A stretch of DNA of 32,606 nt from Promethearchaeota archaeon. Lineage in GTDB: Archaea; Asgardarchaeota; Lokiarchaeia; Sigyniarchaeales; SOKP01. The stretch spans positions 1-32,606 of the forward strand of contig JBHLNS010000032.1 in assembly GCA_048941285.1 (NCBI GenBank), given 5' to 3'. The notes under the pieces are model-generated. The model was not told the DNA's origin. It saw only the letters and a program-made list of their open reading frames with translations, and made no database searches. The position numbers and the translations under genes were made by a program. Below are positions 25,423 to 32,606 of this stretch, piece after piece. Position 1 is the stretch's first letter, and each line of letters begins with the position of its first letter.

Positions 25423-26205
25423 TTAAGAAATGTATTTTGTTTTTATAGGGGAGCGTGGTGGTACACGATAGTATTTCACAGCTGGATAACCTAAAATCAT
25501 AATACCGAAAATAGTATCATTGATACCCAGTATTTTTTCTTTTATTTTTTTATTTTCATTAAGAAATATCTGGACACCTCCGATCCAACAAGAACCTAGT
25601 CCTAATGATTCAGCATATAGCATAGCATATGTTATTGCGATAGTTGCATTTGTACTGTCCCAATGATTATCCGAATGGAGAATTATTATGTGAGGGGCGT
25701 TATAAAAAAAAGGATCTATTCCATTTTCCCTCTTTTTTTTATAAATGTTTCGTTCTTCTACCTCTTCTATTGTATCGATAATTGAATCTATTAATTCATT
25801 AATCTTATCTTCATCTGAAATTATTAAACATTTTAAGGAACGCTTATTCATAGCTGAAGGAGCATATCTCATAATATTAATAACTTTTTCAATTAAATCT
25901 TTAGCAATTTTCTTCTTCTTATATTGTCTAATTGACCTCTTTGAAAGTATCAATTTATTCAATACATTATTTGATATAGAAACTTTTGATTCTTCAAACT
26001 CAAATAACTTACCATTCATATCTCTATATTTTATGGCATGTTCTGGACAAATTGCTATACAATGACCACACAAAATACAGCCTTGAGAGATATTGAATAA
26101 TATACGCTTTTCTTCATTATGCATACTAAAGTTTCCTAATGGACATTCTTTAATACAACTTTTGCAAAGATTACACTGTTTGATATCAATTCCTATGATT
26201 GGCAT
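25423..26205 (-). CDS. Nitroreductase family protein with N-terminal 2x[4Fe-4S] ferredoxin domain
   Basis: CNLCKSCIKECP and CILCGHCIAICP; KRSIRQY, APSAMN, NAPHII and AESLGLGSCWIG. Confidence 0.93.
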   Translation of the reverse strand: MPIIGIDIKQCNLCKSCIKECPLGNFSMHNEEKRILFNISQGCILCGHCIAICPEHAIKYRDMNGKLFEFEESKVSISNNVLNKLILSKRSIRQYKKKKIAKDLIEKVINIMRYAPSAMNKRSLKCLIISDEDKINELIDSIIDTIEEVEERNIYKKKRENGIDPFFYNAPHIIILHSDNHWDSTNATIAITYAMLYAESLGLGSCWIGGVQIFLNENKKIKEKILGINDTIFGIMILGYPAVKYYRVPPRSPIKTKYIS

Positions 26206-26225
26206 TATAATAATAAAAATTGAAG

Positions 26226-26255
26226 AAAATGATATTAAAATTTTGATATCATTTT
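26226..26255. promoter_or_regulatory. 30-bp near-perfect palindrome (candidate operator) in the nitroreductase/PadR divergent region
   Basis: AAAATGATATTAAAA|TTTTGATATCATTTT, 14 of 15 positions symmetric, 21-50 nt upstream of the nitroreductase ATG. Confidence 0.5.
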
Positions 26256-26429
26256 AAGTTAAAGAGAAAAATTATGAGAAATGGATTTTTCACCCAAAAC
26301 ATTTAAATAACTGTTTTTATTTATTTTATTTAATGTTCGATTTGCGATATATTGTAAATTATTATTAGAGCATCTTTTCTTATAATCAATTTCTGATATA
26401 TCATAAATAGAATATAGGTGAAATTAAAA

Positions 26430-27080
26430 ATGTTCTTTGGTAAACGATTTAGTGGTCATCATGGTGGACCATTTTCAGGGTTAGATATTCTCGTACTTTC
26501 AATAATTAGAAATAGAGAAGGCATTTCTGGGTATGAAATAAGTCAAGAAATCAATAAGAAATTTAAACCAATGTGGAGGGCTTCTCCCGGAACAATATAC
26601 CCGTTATTAAATAGATTAGATGAGAGAGGATTTGTAGAAACAGAAGAAATTGTTGATGAAAATAACCGTCAGAAAAAAATTTACAGAATAACAAGCCAAG
26701 GTGTTGAGAGATTAAAAGAAGTATTAAAGGATAATTTTGAAACAAGTATGAATACGCTTGGAGATTATATACGTACAGTTGTAAATGCGTGGTTACCTCA
26801 TGAAAAAGGTATAAGGGGTGCAATGTCCTGTTTCCCATATCATTGCGGACCTATTCATAGGGAGATAGATCAAGAAGATTTTTCTTTAGAAAATATCAAT
26901 AGAATTGAGAGAATCCTAAAAGATTTAAGATTCAGTAAAGAAAGAATCGTAACTCGGTTAGAAAATATCGAAGTAGAGATTAATAAGTATGAAAATCTTT
27001 TGAAAAGTTTAAAGACAAAAAGAGAAGTAAATACAAAAACCATACCAATAGTGGATGATGACGAGTATGAACGTTTTTAG
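26430..27080 (+). CDS. PadR-family winged-helix transcriptional regulator with C-terminal coiled coil
   Basis: ILVLSII...GYEISQEI...WRASPGTIYPLLNRL...G.V...KKIYRIT..G pattern. ATG 26430 preferred, because the GTG at 26418 lies inside an AGGTGA Shine-Dalgarno site (26416-26421). Confidence 0.92.
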   Translation: MFFGKRFSGHHGGPFSGLDILVLSIIRNREGISGYEISQEINKKFKPMWRASPGTIYPLLNRLDERGFVETEEIVDENNRQKKIYRITSQGVERLKEVLKDNFETSMNTLGDYIRTVVNAWLPHEKGIRGAMSCFPYHCGPIHREIDQEDFSLENINRIERILKDLRFSKERIVTRLENIEVEINKYENLLKSLKTKREVNTKTIPIVDDDEYERF

Positions 27081-27121
27081 ATTTTACCAATATAATTTAA
27101 AATATTGAGGAGGAACCAAAA

Positions 27122-27601
27122 ATGTGTGATGAAAAATATCATGGACAAAAAGGATTTGCTGGTTGTTTTAACTTTAGCCCTCATGATATAGCAAAAATGA
27201 GAAGAATGGCTAAGCATTTTATGCATGGTTTTATGGGAAGTCATATTCCGTTCAATGTTGAAGATTTAGGTGATTTTTATTTGATTACAGTGCCTTTAGC
27301 TGGTCGAGTAAAAGATGATGTTAAAGTTTCATTAATCAATAAGCATCTTAATATAAAAGCTGATAAACCTAAGATTCCTGAAAGAGAAAACTTAAAGGAA
27401 AAGCCAGAAGAGGAAAATTCTGCCCAAGACTGGTGTATGCCTTTTTTTAGGAGAGGCTTTACATTTGTAGAAGTTAATATGGACATTCCATTGCCTGTTG
27501 ATGCAAATACAGAAACTCTTATCTCGAAAATGGCTAATGGACTCTTAAAAATAACTATGAGTAAAAAGCCAGCGAAAAAAATTGATATTAGTGAAAATTA
27601 A
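27122..27601 (+). CDS. Small heat-shock protein (Hsp20/alpha-crystallin family)
   Basis: VEDLGDFYLITVPLAG..KDDVKVSL...LNIKA, IPLP.D......SKMANGLLKITM.K, C-terminal IDI motif; GAGGAGG ribosome-binding site at 27107-27113. Confidence 0.88.
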   Translation: MCDEKYHGQKGFAGCFNFSPHDIAKMRRMAKHFMHGFMGSHIPFNVEDLGDFYLITVPLAGRVKDDVKVSLINKHLNIKADKPKIPERENLKEKPEEENSAQDWCMPFFRRGFTFVEVNMDIPLPVDANTETLISKMANGLLKITMSKKPAKKIDISEN

Positions 27602-27759
27602 TAAGATCAGCCTAAAGTAAAAGCGGAGCGCTTTAGAATTAAGAATTAAAACATCACAGGTACTATTTTAGGATAATCTAACTCTAAAGCACCCCATATA
27701 ATAATATTTTTTTTTCTTATTTAAATTCTTTATAAAGATATTCTTTATTGTAATAATAA

Positions 27760-28097
27760 ATTATTAAGGGTATTGCAGGCCTTTCTGCTTTAATTATATT
27801 TGCTGCATTTCTGGGTGATGTTTTGGAGAAGGATCGGATTTTGTTGGTCTTTTGTTTGGATTTCTTGTGACAGTGGTTATGTTTTTCGGTATTCCAATTT
27901 TAACAGCTTTTTCCTAAATTCTTCTTTCTGGAGAGATCATGGAATTAAGTGTTGAAGAAAATACTAAAAAACTATATTCTATCATAGAAAGAAATGATTA
28001 CGATATAGAACCTCAAAACATTACAAATATTTATCCCTCTGGCTATAATGAATCAAAAAGAGAGATTGCAGATAAAATTGATGAAGATAATAATTAA
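27760..28097 (+). pseudogene. Decayed 3' fragment of a membrane-protein gene (frameshift plus premature stop)
   Basis: IIKGIAGLSALIIFAAFLGDV, a 1-nt shift in the T run at 27821-27824, FGEGSDFVGLLFGFLVTVVMFFGIPILTAFS, TAA at 27915-27917, then ILLSGEIMELSVEENTKKLY...DEDNN* ending at 28097. Confidence 0.65.
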
Positions 28098-28149
28098 TTG
28101 AATAAAATTTTAATACAATTTTTTTATTTATCTTACCTTATAGACTCTT

Positions 28150-28605
28150 TTAATGGTTTGATTCACGGTCTTTAATAAATTTCTTAACGGGTCTAAAAAT
28201 TAAATAATGCCCTTGCTGATATGTTTTATAGCCATGAATGACTTTTCCAAGTTTTGAACCAGAATAATACCAAAATAAATACGAGATAAGTATAAAGATT
28301 GCGATTATTTCCATTCCCATTTGATGAATGATTTCTAGATCTATCCCAAATACTAAGAATGAGTTCCATAAGAAATATTTTCCTGAATTTGTGAATGGAA
28401 TGTTTACCCAAGGTAGGAAATTTAACCAAGTCATATCAATTATATTAAAATAAATTAAAATGTCAATTAACCATAATAATGATAGAAAAATTATTGCCAA
28501 AAAAACAATCCAATCTTTATTTCTTTTACGTAAATATTTCCGATATATATAAGAATTAATCCAACCACCTAAGAAACATAGAATCAATCCTTCAACAAAT
28601 CCCAT
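28150..28605 (-). CDS. Hypothetical membrane protein (3-4 TM)
   Basis: 151 aa, hydrophobic and Trp/Tyr-rich, 3 nt downstream of the SDR gene. Confidence 0.8.
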   Translation of the reverse strand: MGFVEGLILCFLGGWINSYIYRKYLRKRNKDWIVFLAIIFLSLLWLIDILIYFNIIDMTWLNFLPWVNIPFTNSGKYFLWNSFLVFGIDLEIIHQMGMEIIAIFILISYLFWYYSGSKLGKVIHGYKTYQQGHYLIFRPVKKFIKDRESNH

Positions 28606-28608
28606 TTA

Positions 28609-29736
28609 TTATTCACTCTCCAACCATTTATTTTTTAGATACCACTCAATAGTATTTTCCGTGGCACTTTTATAATCTTGAAATTTAAACTTAAATCCTA
28701 AATTCTTAATTTTTTGGTTTGAAAAAAGATATTGATGAGTAGTATAACCTGCCATTGATAAATCGATTGGTGGTCTTGAACCTAACTTTCTGGTTTTTTT
28801 ATCTTTCCTGTTACTAAGCCAAAAAAGAAACTTTGCAAAAAGCTTATAAAAGGGCCACCATACGGGAAAATTAAAATAAGCTACATTCAACAAATCAGCA
28901 AGAGACTCCAAAAAATCTTCTTGAAAGCAAGCATCAATGATGAGGTTATATGCTTCACCAATTGATTTATCATTTTCTGCTAAAAAGATAGCTGATTTAA
29001 CCAAATCTTCTACATGAATTAAAGGCATTGATAAACGCTTTTTCTTTGGATAAATATGAATACCAGGACCAAATCCAGACTTATTAATTATCTGAATTAA
29101 ATGAAAAACACCATAGATCTGATACGGACCCATAATTGGCGCCGGTCGAATAATGGTAGCTTTTAGTTGGTGTTGATCAGTATATTCTTGTAAGATCATT
29201 TCTTGTTCCATTTTACTTATACTATAATTATTAGGAGGATCATAAGGGGTTGTTTCTTCAGCAGGAATTGGATATCCATGACCATCTTTCCTATATTTAG
29301 GTTCCCCGTAAACTCCACATGTACTCCAATGAATAAATCTTAAATTTTCCAGATCTTGGGTTTTACAAATAACTTCAAGTAGATTTTTTATACCTTCTAC
29401 ATTAATTTTTCTTAGAAGTTCTAACGGAGCAAAATAATCATATAAACTGGCAGTATGAAAAATTATATTAAATTTCCTTCCTTTCAATAATTCTTTGAGG
29501 GTTTCCACGTTTGTTAGATCAGCAGGAATGAAATTAACTCTTTTATTATCAAAGATATCACTCATATATTTAAATTTCTCACTAAATATCGTTTCTTTTG
29601 TCATTAATTCATTTCGCTTTTCCGTATCTAAATCTGTAGCTATTATCTTCCAATTCGGTTTTGTGTCTAAGATTTCTTTTACGAGAAATGTACCAGTATG
29701 ACCTTTAGCTCCATCGACCAATACTAATTTAGTCAT
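28609..29736 (-). CDS. Extended SDR, NAD-dependent epimerase/dehydratase (3-beta-HSD-like)
   Basis: LVDGAKGHTG Rossmann motif, ADLT, FHTAS, NVEG, STCGVYG, YSISK (YxxxK), IIRPAPIMGP and IHVEDL. Confidence 0.9.
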   Translation of the reverse strand: MTKLVLVDGAKGHTGTFLVKEILDTKPNWKIIATDLDTEKRNELMTKETIFSEKFKYMSDIFDNKRVNFIPADLTNVETLKELLKGRKFNIIFHTASLYDYFAPLELLRKINVEGIKNLLEVICKTQDLENLRFIHWSTCGVYGEPKYRKDGHGYPIPAEETTPYDPPNNYSISKMEQEMILQEYTDQHQLKATIIRPAPIMGPYQIYGVFHLIQIINKSGFGPGIHIYPKKKRLSMPLIHVEDLVKSAIFLAENDKSIGEAYNLIIDACFQEDFLESLADLLNVAYFNFPVWWPFYKLFAKFLFWLSNRKDKKTRKLGSRPPIDLSMAGYTTHQYLFSNQKIKNLGFKFKFQDYKSATENTIEWYLKNKWLESE

Positions 29737-29778
29737 TTTGATTACTTTAAAGAATCAGTTTTAATTTTTTTATTTTAT

Positions 29779-30240
29779 TTAAATATATACAATAAATTCG
29801 CAAATAGTATCACCTGCGCCTATAGACTTTAATATTTCAACGTGAATGGGTTTTTTAAGCAAGATTTGAAAAATTGTTTTTACCCAACCTAAAGAGCAAT
29901 AACAAAATATACTATTTAGGTTTACAATTTTATTTCTAACTAGAGGACATCCACATTCACTGCATATTGATCTAATGAAATTGTTTTTTAATTTCCATTT
30001 GCCACACCACGGAATTTGATTATTGATTTTCTCAATAATCTCTTCAATAGATGTCGTTTCTTCAGAAATTTTTTTCGCAATTTCAAAACTTCCTGCTTTC
30101 GCACACGCTTCTCCGCTTTTTTCCATTATTTTTTTTCTTTTTACTATACTTATTTCTTCCATACCATTAATAATAGAATTTATAACTCTACTAGATCTTT
30201 CTAATAATGATTTCTTGCTATCATATTTGTTTGACATCAT
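29779..30240 (-). CDS. Cys-rich hypothetical protein (DUF6144 / V4R-like metal-binding fold)
   Basis: IMEKSGEACA, CGCPLV, FCYCSLGW and VEILKSIGAGDTICEF pattern. Confidence 0.7.
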   Translation of the reverse strand: MMSNKYDSKKSLLERSSRVINSIINGMEEISIVKRKKIMEKSGEACAKAGSFEIAKKISEETTSIEEIIEKINNQIPWCGKWKLKNNFIRSICSECGCPLVRNKIVNLNSIFCYCSLGWVKTIFQILLKKPIHVEILKSIGAGDTICEFIVYI

Positions 30241-30487
30241 TTATTCAGCCTTTTTCAACTTATTATTAGATTTATGCGATTTTTAGAGAAGAGTCTATTC
30301 TTTTAAGGTTAAAAAATATTAAAATTTTCTTTTATACGATCTTTAGTTTCACGTAGATTTGATTATTCATGGATGAAATTAGTGTTATATTATCGTAGTA
30401 TTATACTCATATATTTACTTTTCAAAGTTTGTAATTTATAACAAAAAACGATAAGTATAGAATATTAAAAGGGGTTTTATAAAAAAA

Positions 30488-30649
30488 ATGAAGCTAATAA
30501 CCTGTCACATTCCAGAAGCTTATCTTACTGGTATAGAGGAATTAGTTAATATGAACCTGTATCCAAATCGGTCAGAAGTAATTCGTGTAGCAATACGAGA
30601 TTTACTTAAGACAGAACTTTCTTCAATTTTGAGGAAAGTTAAAGAATAA
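30488..30649 (+). CDS. Ribbon-helix-helix (CopG/Arc/MetJ) transcription factor, CdrS-like; absent from the ORF track
   Basis: Hand translation: MKLITCHIPEAYLTGIEELVNMNLYPNRSEVIRVAIRDLLKTELSSILRKVKE* (53 aa). YPNRSE.IR.AIRDLL is a typical archaeal RHH signature. T-rich tract follows. Confidence 0.92.
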   Translation: MKLITCHIPEAYLTGIEELVNMNLYPNRSEVIRVAIRDLLKTELSSILRKVKE

Positions 30650-30835
30650 TAATTATTTTATCTTTTTCCTTATTTTTCTTTTTCAGGTTCTAGTGTAAGA
30701 ATTTCATGAAATAAAATAGTCTAATTTCAAGCTGCAATTGATTTATAAATATTAAAGATCAGCTATAATAGACACACTACAATTCAATTACTATTGATTC
30801 GAAATTTTATAAATTTATATAAATTTCTCATATTG

Positions 30836-31696
30836 ATGACTTTTAACCATAATGATTTTTTTTATATTGATTCTCATTGTCATTTTTTTCCTCTTCAGAT
30901 ATTTAAAGCGATTTGGAAATATTTTGAGATTCCAGATGAGCAAGGTAATATTCAAGGCTGGCCGATTAATTATAAGCTTCCTATTGAAAATTTAATTGAA
31001 ATTTTAAAAAAACAGAATGTTATTGCTTTTACTACATACAATTATGCTCATAAAAAAGGAGTAGCTGATTATATAAATGAATGGGTGCATAATTTTTGTC
31101 AAAAATATCGAAATGCAATTCCTTTTGGTTGTATTTGGCCTGAAGATAAAGATCATGATGAATACATAAGAAAAATTCTAGACGATTATAATTTTTATGG
31201 AATAAAAATTCAACCCCTTGTTCAGAAATTTTATTTAGATGATGAGAGAATGTACAAAACTTATGATTTGCTTGTAGACAGAGGAAAATGGTTATGTGTA
31301 CATATTGGGACTGCCCCATATAGAAATGAATATGTTGGGTACCGGAATTTTATAAGATTTATCGAAAAATATCCCAACATGAATATTATTGTGCCTCATA
31401 TGGGTGCTTTTGAGTATGATAAATTTATAAAATTAATAGATAAGTATGAGAATCTATATTTAGACACTACAATGATTTTTATTCCAGATAATATATTTCC
31501 CGAAAGACCTACGAAAAGACCCAAGCAAGATATTTTATTATCTTACCAAGATCGTATATTATTTGGTAGTGATTTTCCCAATATTCCTTATAATTATGAG
31601 TGTTCCACAAAAGGGTTATTGGAATTAAATTTACCAAGAATATTTTACGAAAAAGTCTTTTTTACAAATGCAAAAAAGCTATTTAATATTTCATAA
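30836..31696 (+). CDS. Amidohydrolase family protein (Amidohydro_2, TIM-barrel metal-dependent hydrolase)
   Basis: IDSHCH, GIKIQP, VHIGT, PHMG, LYLDT and ILFGSDFP motifs. ATG 30836 preferred; TTTATATA lies just upstream. Confidence 0.9.
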   Translation: MTFNHNDFFYIDSHCHFFPLQIFKAIWKYFEIPDEQGNIQGWPINYKLPIENLIEILKKQNVIAFTTYNYAHKKGVADYINEWVHNFCQKYRNAIPFGCIWPEDKDHDEYIRKILDDYNFYGIKIQPLVQKFYLDDERMYKTYDLLVDRGKWLCVHIGTAPYRNEYVGYRNFIRFIEKYPNMNIIVPHMGAFEYDKFIKLIDKYENLYLDTTMIFIPDNIFPERPTKRPKQDILLSYQDRILFGSDFPNIPYNYECSTKGLLELNLPRIFYEKVFFTNAKKLFNIS

Positions 31697-32518
31697 CAAG
31701 ATTATGCTTATTGCCATAATAAACATTCCAGTAATAATTCCTATTATGGAATAGTGTTCTTTGGCTAGTGATCGAGACATCGGTAGGAGCTCATCTAACG
31801 ATATATATACCATAATTCCACCAACTGCTCCTAACATAGCATTTAAAATAAAATCGTTAATAAAAGGAAAAAGAATTAACCAGGTTATTATAGCTCCCAA
31901 GGGTTCACTCATTCCAGATATAAATGACCATTTGAACGCTTTTTTCTTATCTAAAGTGTATGCATATATTGGAACAGCTACCGCTATTCCTTCTGGTATA
32001 TTATGTAAAGCGATAGCAATTGTTAATAATATTCCAAGATCAACCTCAGTTAAGGTTCCAATAAAAGTTGCCATTCCTTCAGGGAAATTATGAATAAATA
32101 CTCCAAAGATTATAAAAATTGAAGTTTTAGCTAAATTATTAGTTCTTTTCTCACCACGAAGCCGTTGCCTATGTCTATGCCCATAATGGAGATGAGGTTT
32201 ACGTTGGCCATTGCTATTAATCAATATTTCAATAGAATCCTCAAATTCATATTCATGAGAAACGAAAATATCAATTAAAAACATTATTATCATTCCAAGG
32301 AAGAAAAAGACTAAGCCCATCAGAGGACCTATTTCAATCATACTTTGTTGAAGTAATTCTATAAAAGAAATCAAAATCATAACGCCCGCTGAAAAACCCA
32401 TGATAAAAGAGATAAATTTGGGACTAGGTTTTTTCATAAAAAAAGCAAAAAAACTCCCAATAGAGGTTGATAACCCAGCAATTAAACTTAATATTAATCC
32501 TAGTAATAATCTTTCCAT
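31691..32518 (-). CDS. zupT: ZIP-family zinc/divalent metal transporter (ZupT/GufA)
   Basis: GFSAGVMI..SF.EL, His-rich loop, HNFPEG, HNIPEG.AVAVP, SGMSEPLGA, GGIMVYISLDELLP. 6-nt convergent overlap with the amidohydrolase gene. Confidence 0.93.
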   Translation of the reverse strand: MERLLLGLILSLIAGLSTSIGSFFAFFMKKPSPKFISFIMGFSAGVMILISFIELLQQSMIEIGPLMGLVFFFLGMIIMFLIDIFVSHEYEFEDSIEILINSNGQRKPHLHYGHRHRQRLRGEKRTNNLAKTSIFIIFGVFIHNFPEGMATFIGTLTEVDLGILLTIAIALHNIPEGIAVAVPIYAYTLDKKKAFKWSFISGMSEPLGAIITWLILFPFINDFILNAMLGAVGGIMVYISLDELLPMSRSLAKEHYSIIGIITGMFIMAISIILL

Positions 32519-32606
32519 TTTTAGGTCTGCTTTTAATCTAAATGCCCAAATTGTAGAATATAATTATTTAAGTATATTTATTTTTAACATTATTTGTTTT
32601 TTTAAT

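Noticed and set aside
31691-31696. Convergent stop-codon overlap of amidohydrolase and zupT as antisense regulation
   Set aside because: Short tail-to-tail overlaps are common in compact AT-rich genomes, and nothing else supports a regulatory role.
304-32093. Other short ORFs overlapping real genes (304-492, 8419-8733, 10314-10592, 10898-11104, 19981-20220, 21065-21307, 21496-21903, 25745-26065, 26563-26838, 27277-27486, 28226-28429, 29495-29701, 30016-30204, 30023-30286, 31032-31319, 31761-32093)
   Set aside because: All lie antisense to well-supported genes and show no recognisable motifs.
1-32606. Selenoprotein (UGA read-through) or SECIS element
   Set aside because: Genes ending in TGA appear complete, and no Cys motif is interrupted by TGA; the odd Fe-S position is a Glu codon.
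1-32606. CRISPR array, tRNA/rRNA, transposase, integrase or defence genes
   Set aside because: No regularly spaced repeats, GC-rich structural RNA segments or matching protein motifs were seen by eye. The MazG-like gene looks like a housekeeping DCTPP1-type enzyme.

Overview
A very AT-rich (about 30% GC by eye), gene-dense chromosomal window of archaeal type. It has BRE/TATA promoters, GGTG/GAGG ribosome-binding sites, T-tract terminators, split purS/purQ/purL and a CdrS-like ribbon-helix-helix gene. The gene mix and style suggest an Asgard archaeon (Lokiarchaeia-like); this is inference, not a database result. Housekeeping content: glmM-glmS, purC and purS-purQ-purL, a GH13 glycosidase, a MazG/DCTPP1-like pyrophosphatase, a HAD-IIA phosphatase, a Fe-S nitroreductase, an extended SDR, an amidohydrolase and a ZupT-type ZIP transporter. 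No rRNA, tRNA, CRISPR array or mobile element was seen. Three loci stand out. (1) A two-gene membrane operon (19926-22436) pairs a CBS-pair/four-helix membrane protein with a 500-aa protein built from an RGG box, aromatic/Arg/Pro repeats, two TM helices around a beta-rich ectodomain that resembles eukaryotic APD-type membrane E3 ligases, and a double zinc ribbon. (2) An operon encodes an alkyl-DHAP-synthase-like flavoprotein, a CCG-domain Fe-S protein, a loop-deleted FGGY kinase and an atypical alpha/beta hydrolase (7673-12871). (3) A PadR-Hsp20 pair has candidate palindromic operators. Reading the DNA directly also gave three elements missing from the ORF track: a 53-aa RHH gene and two membrane-protein pseudogene remnants.
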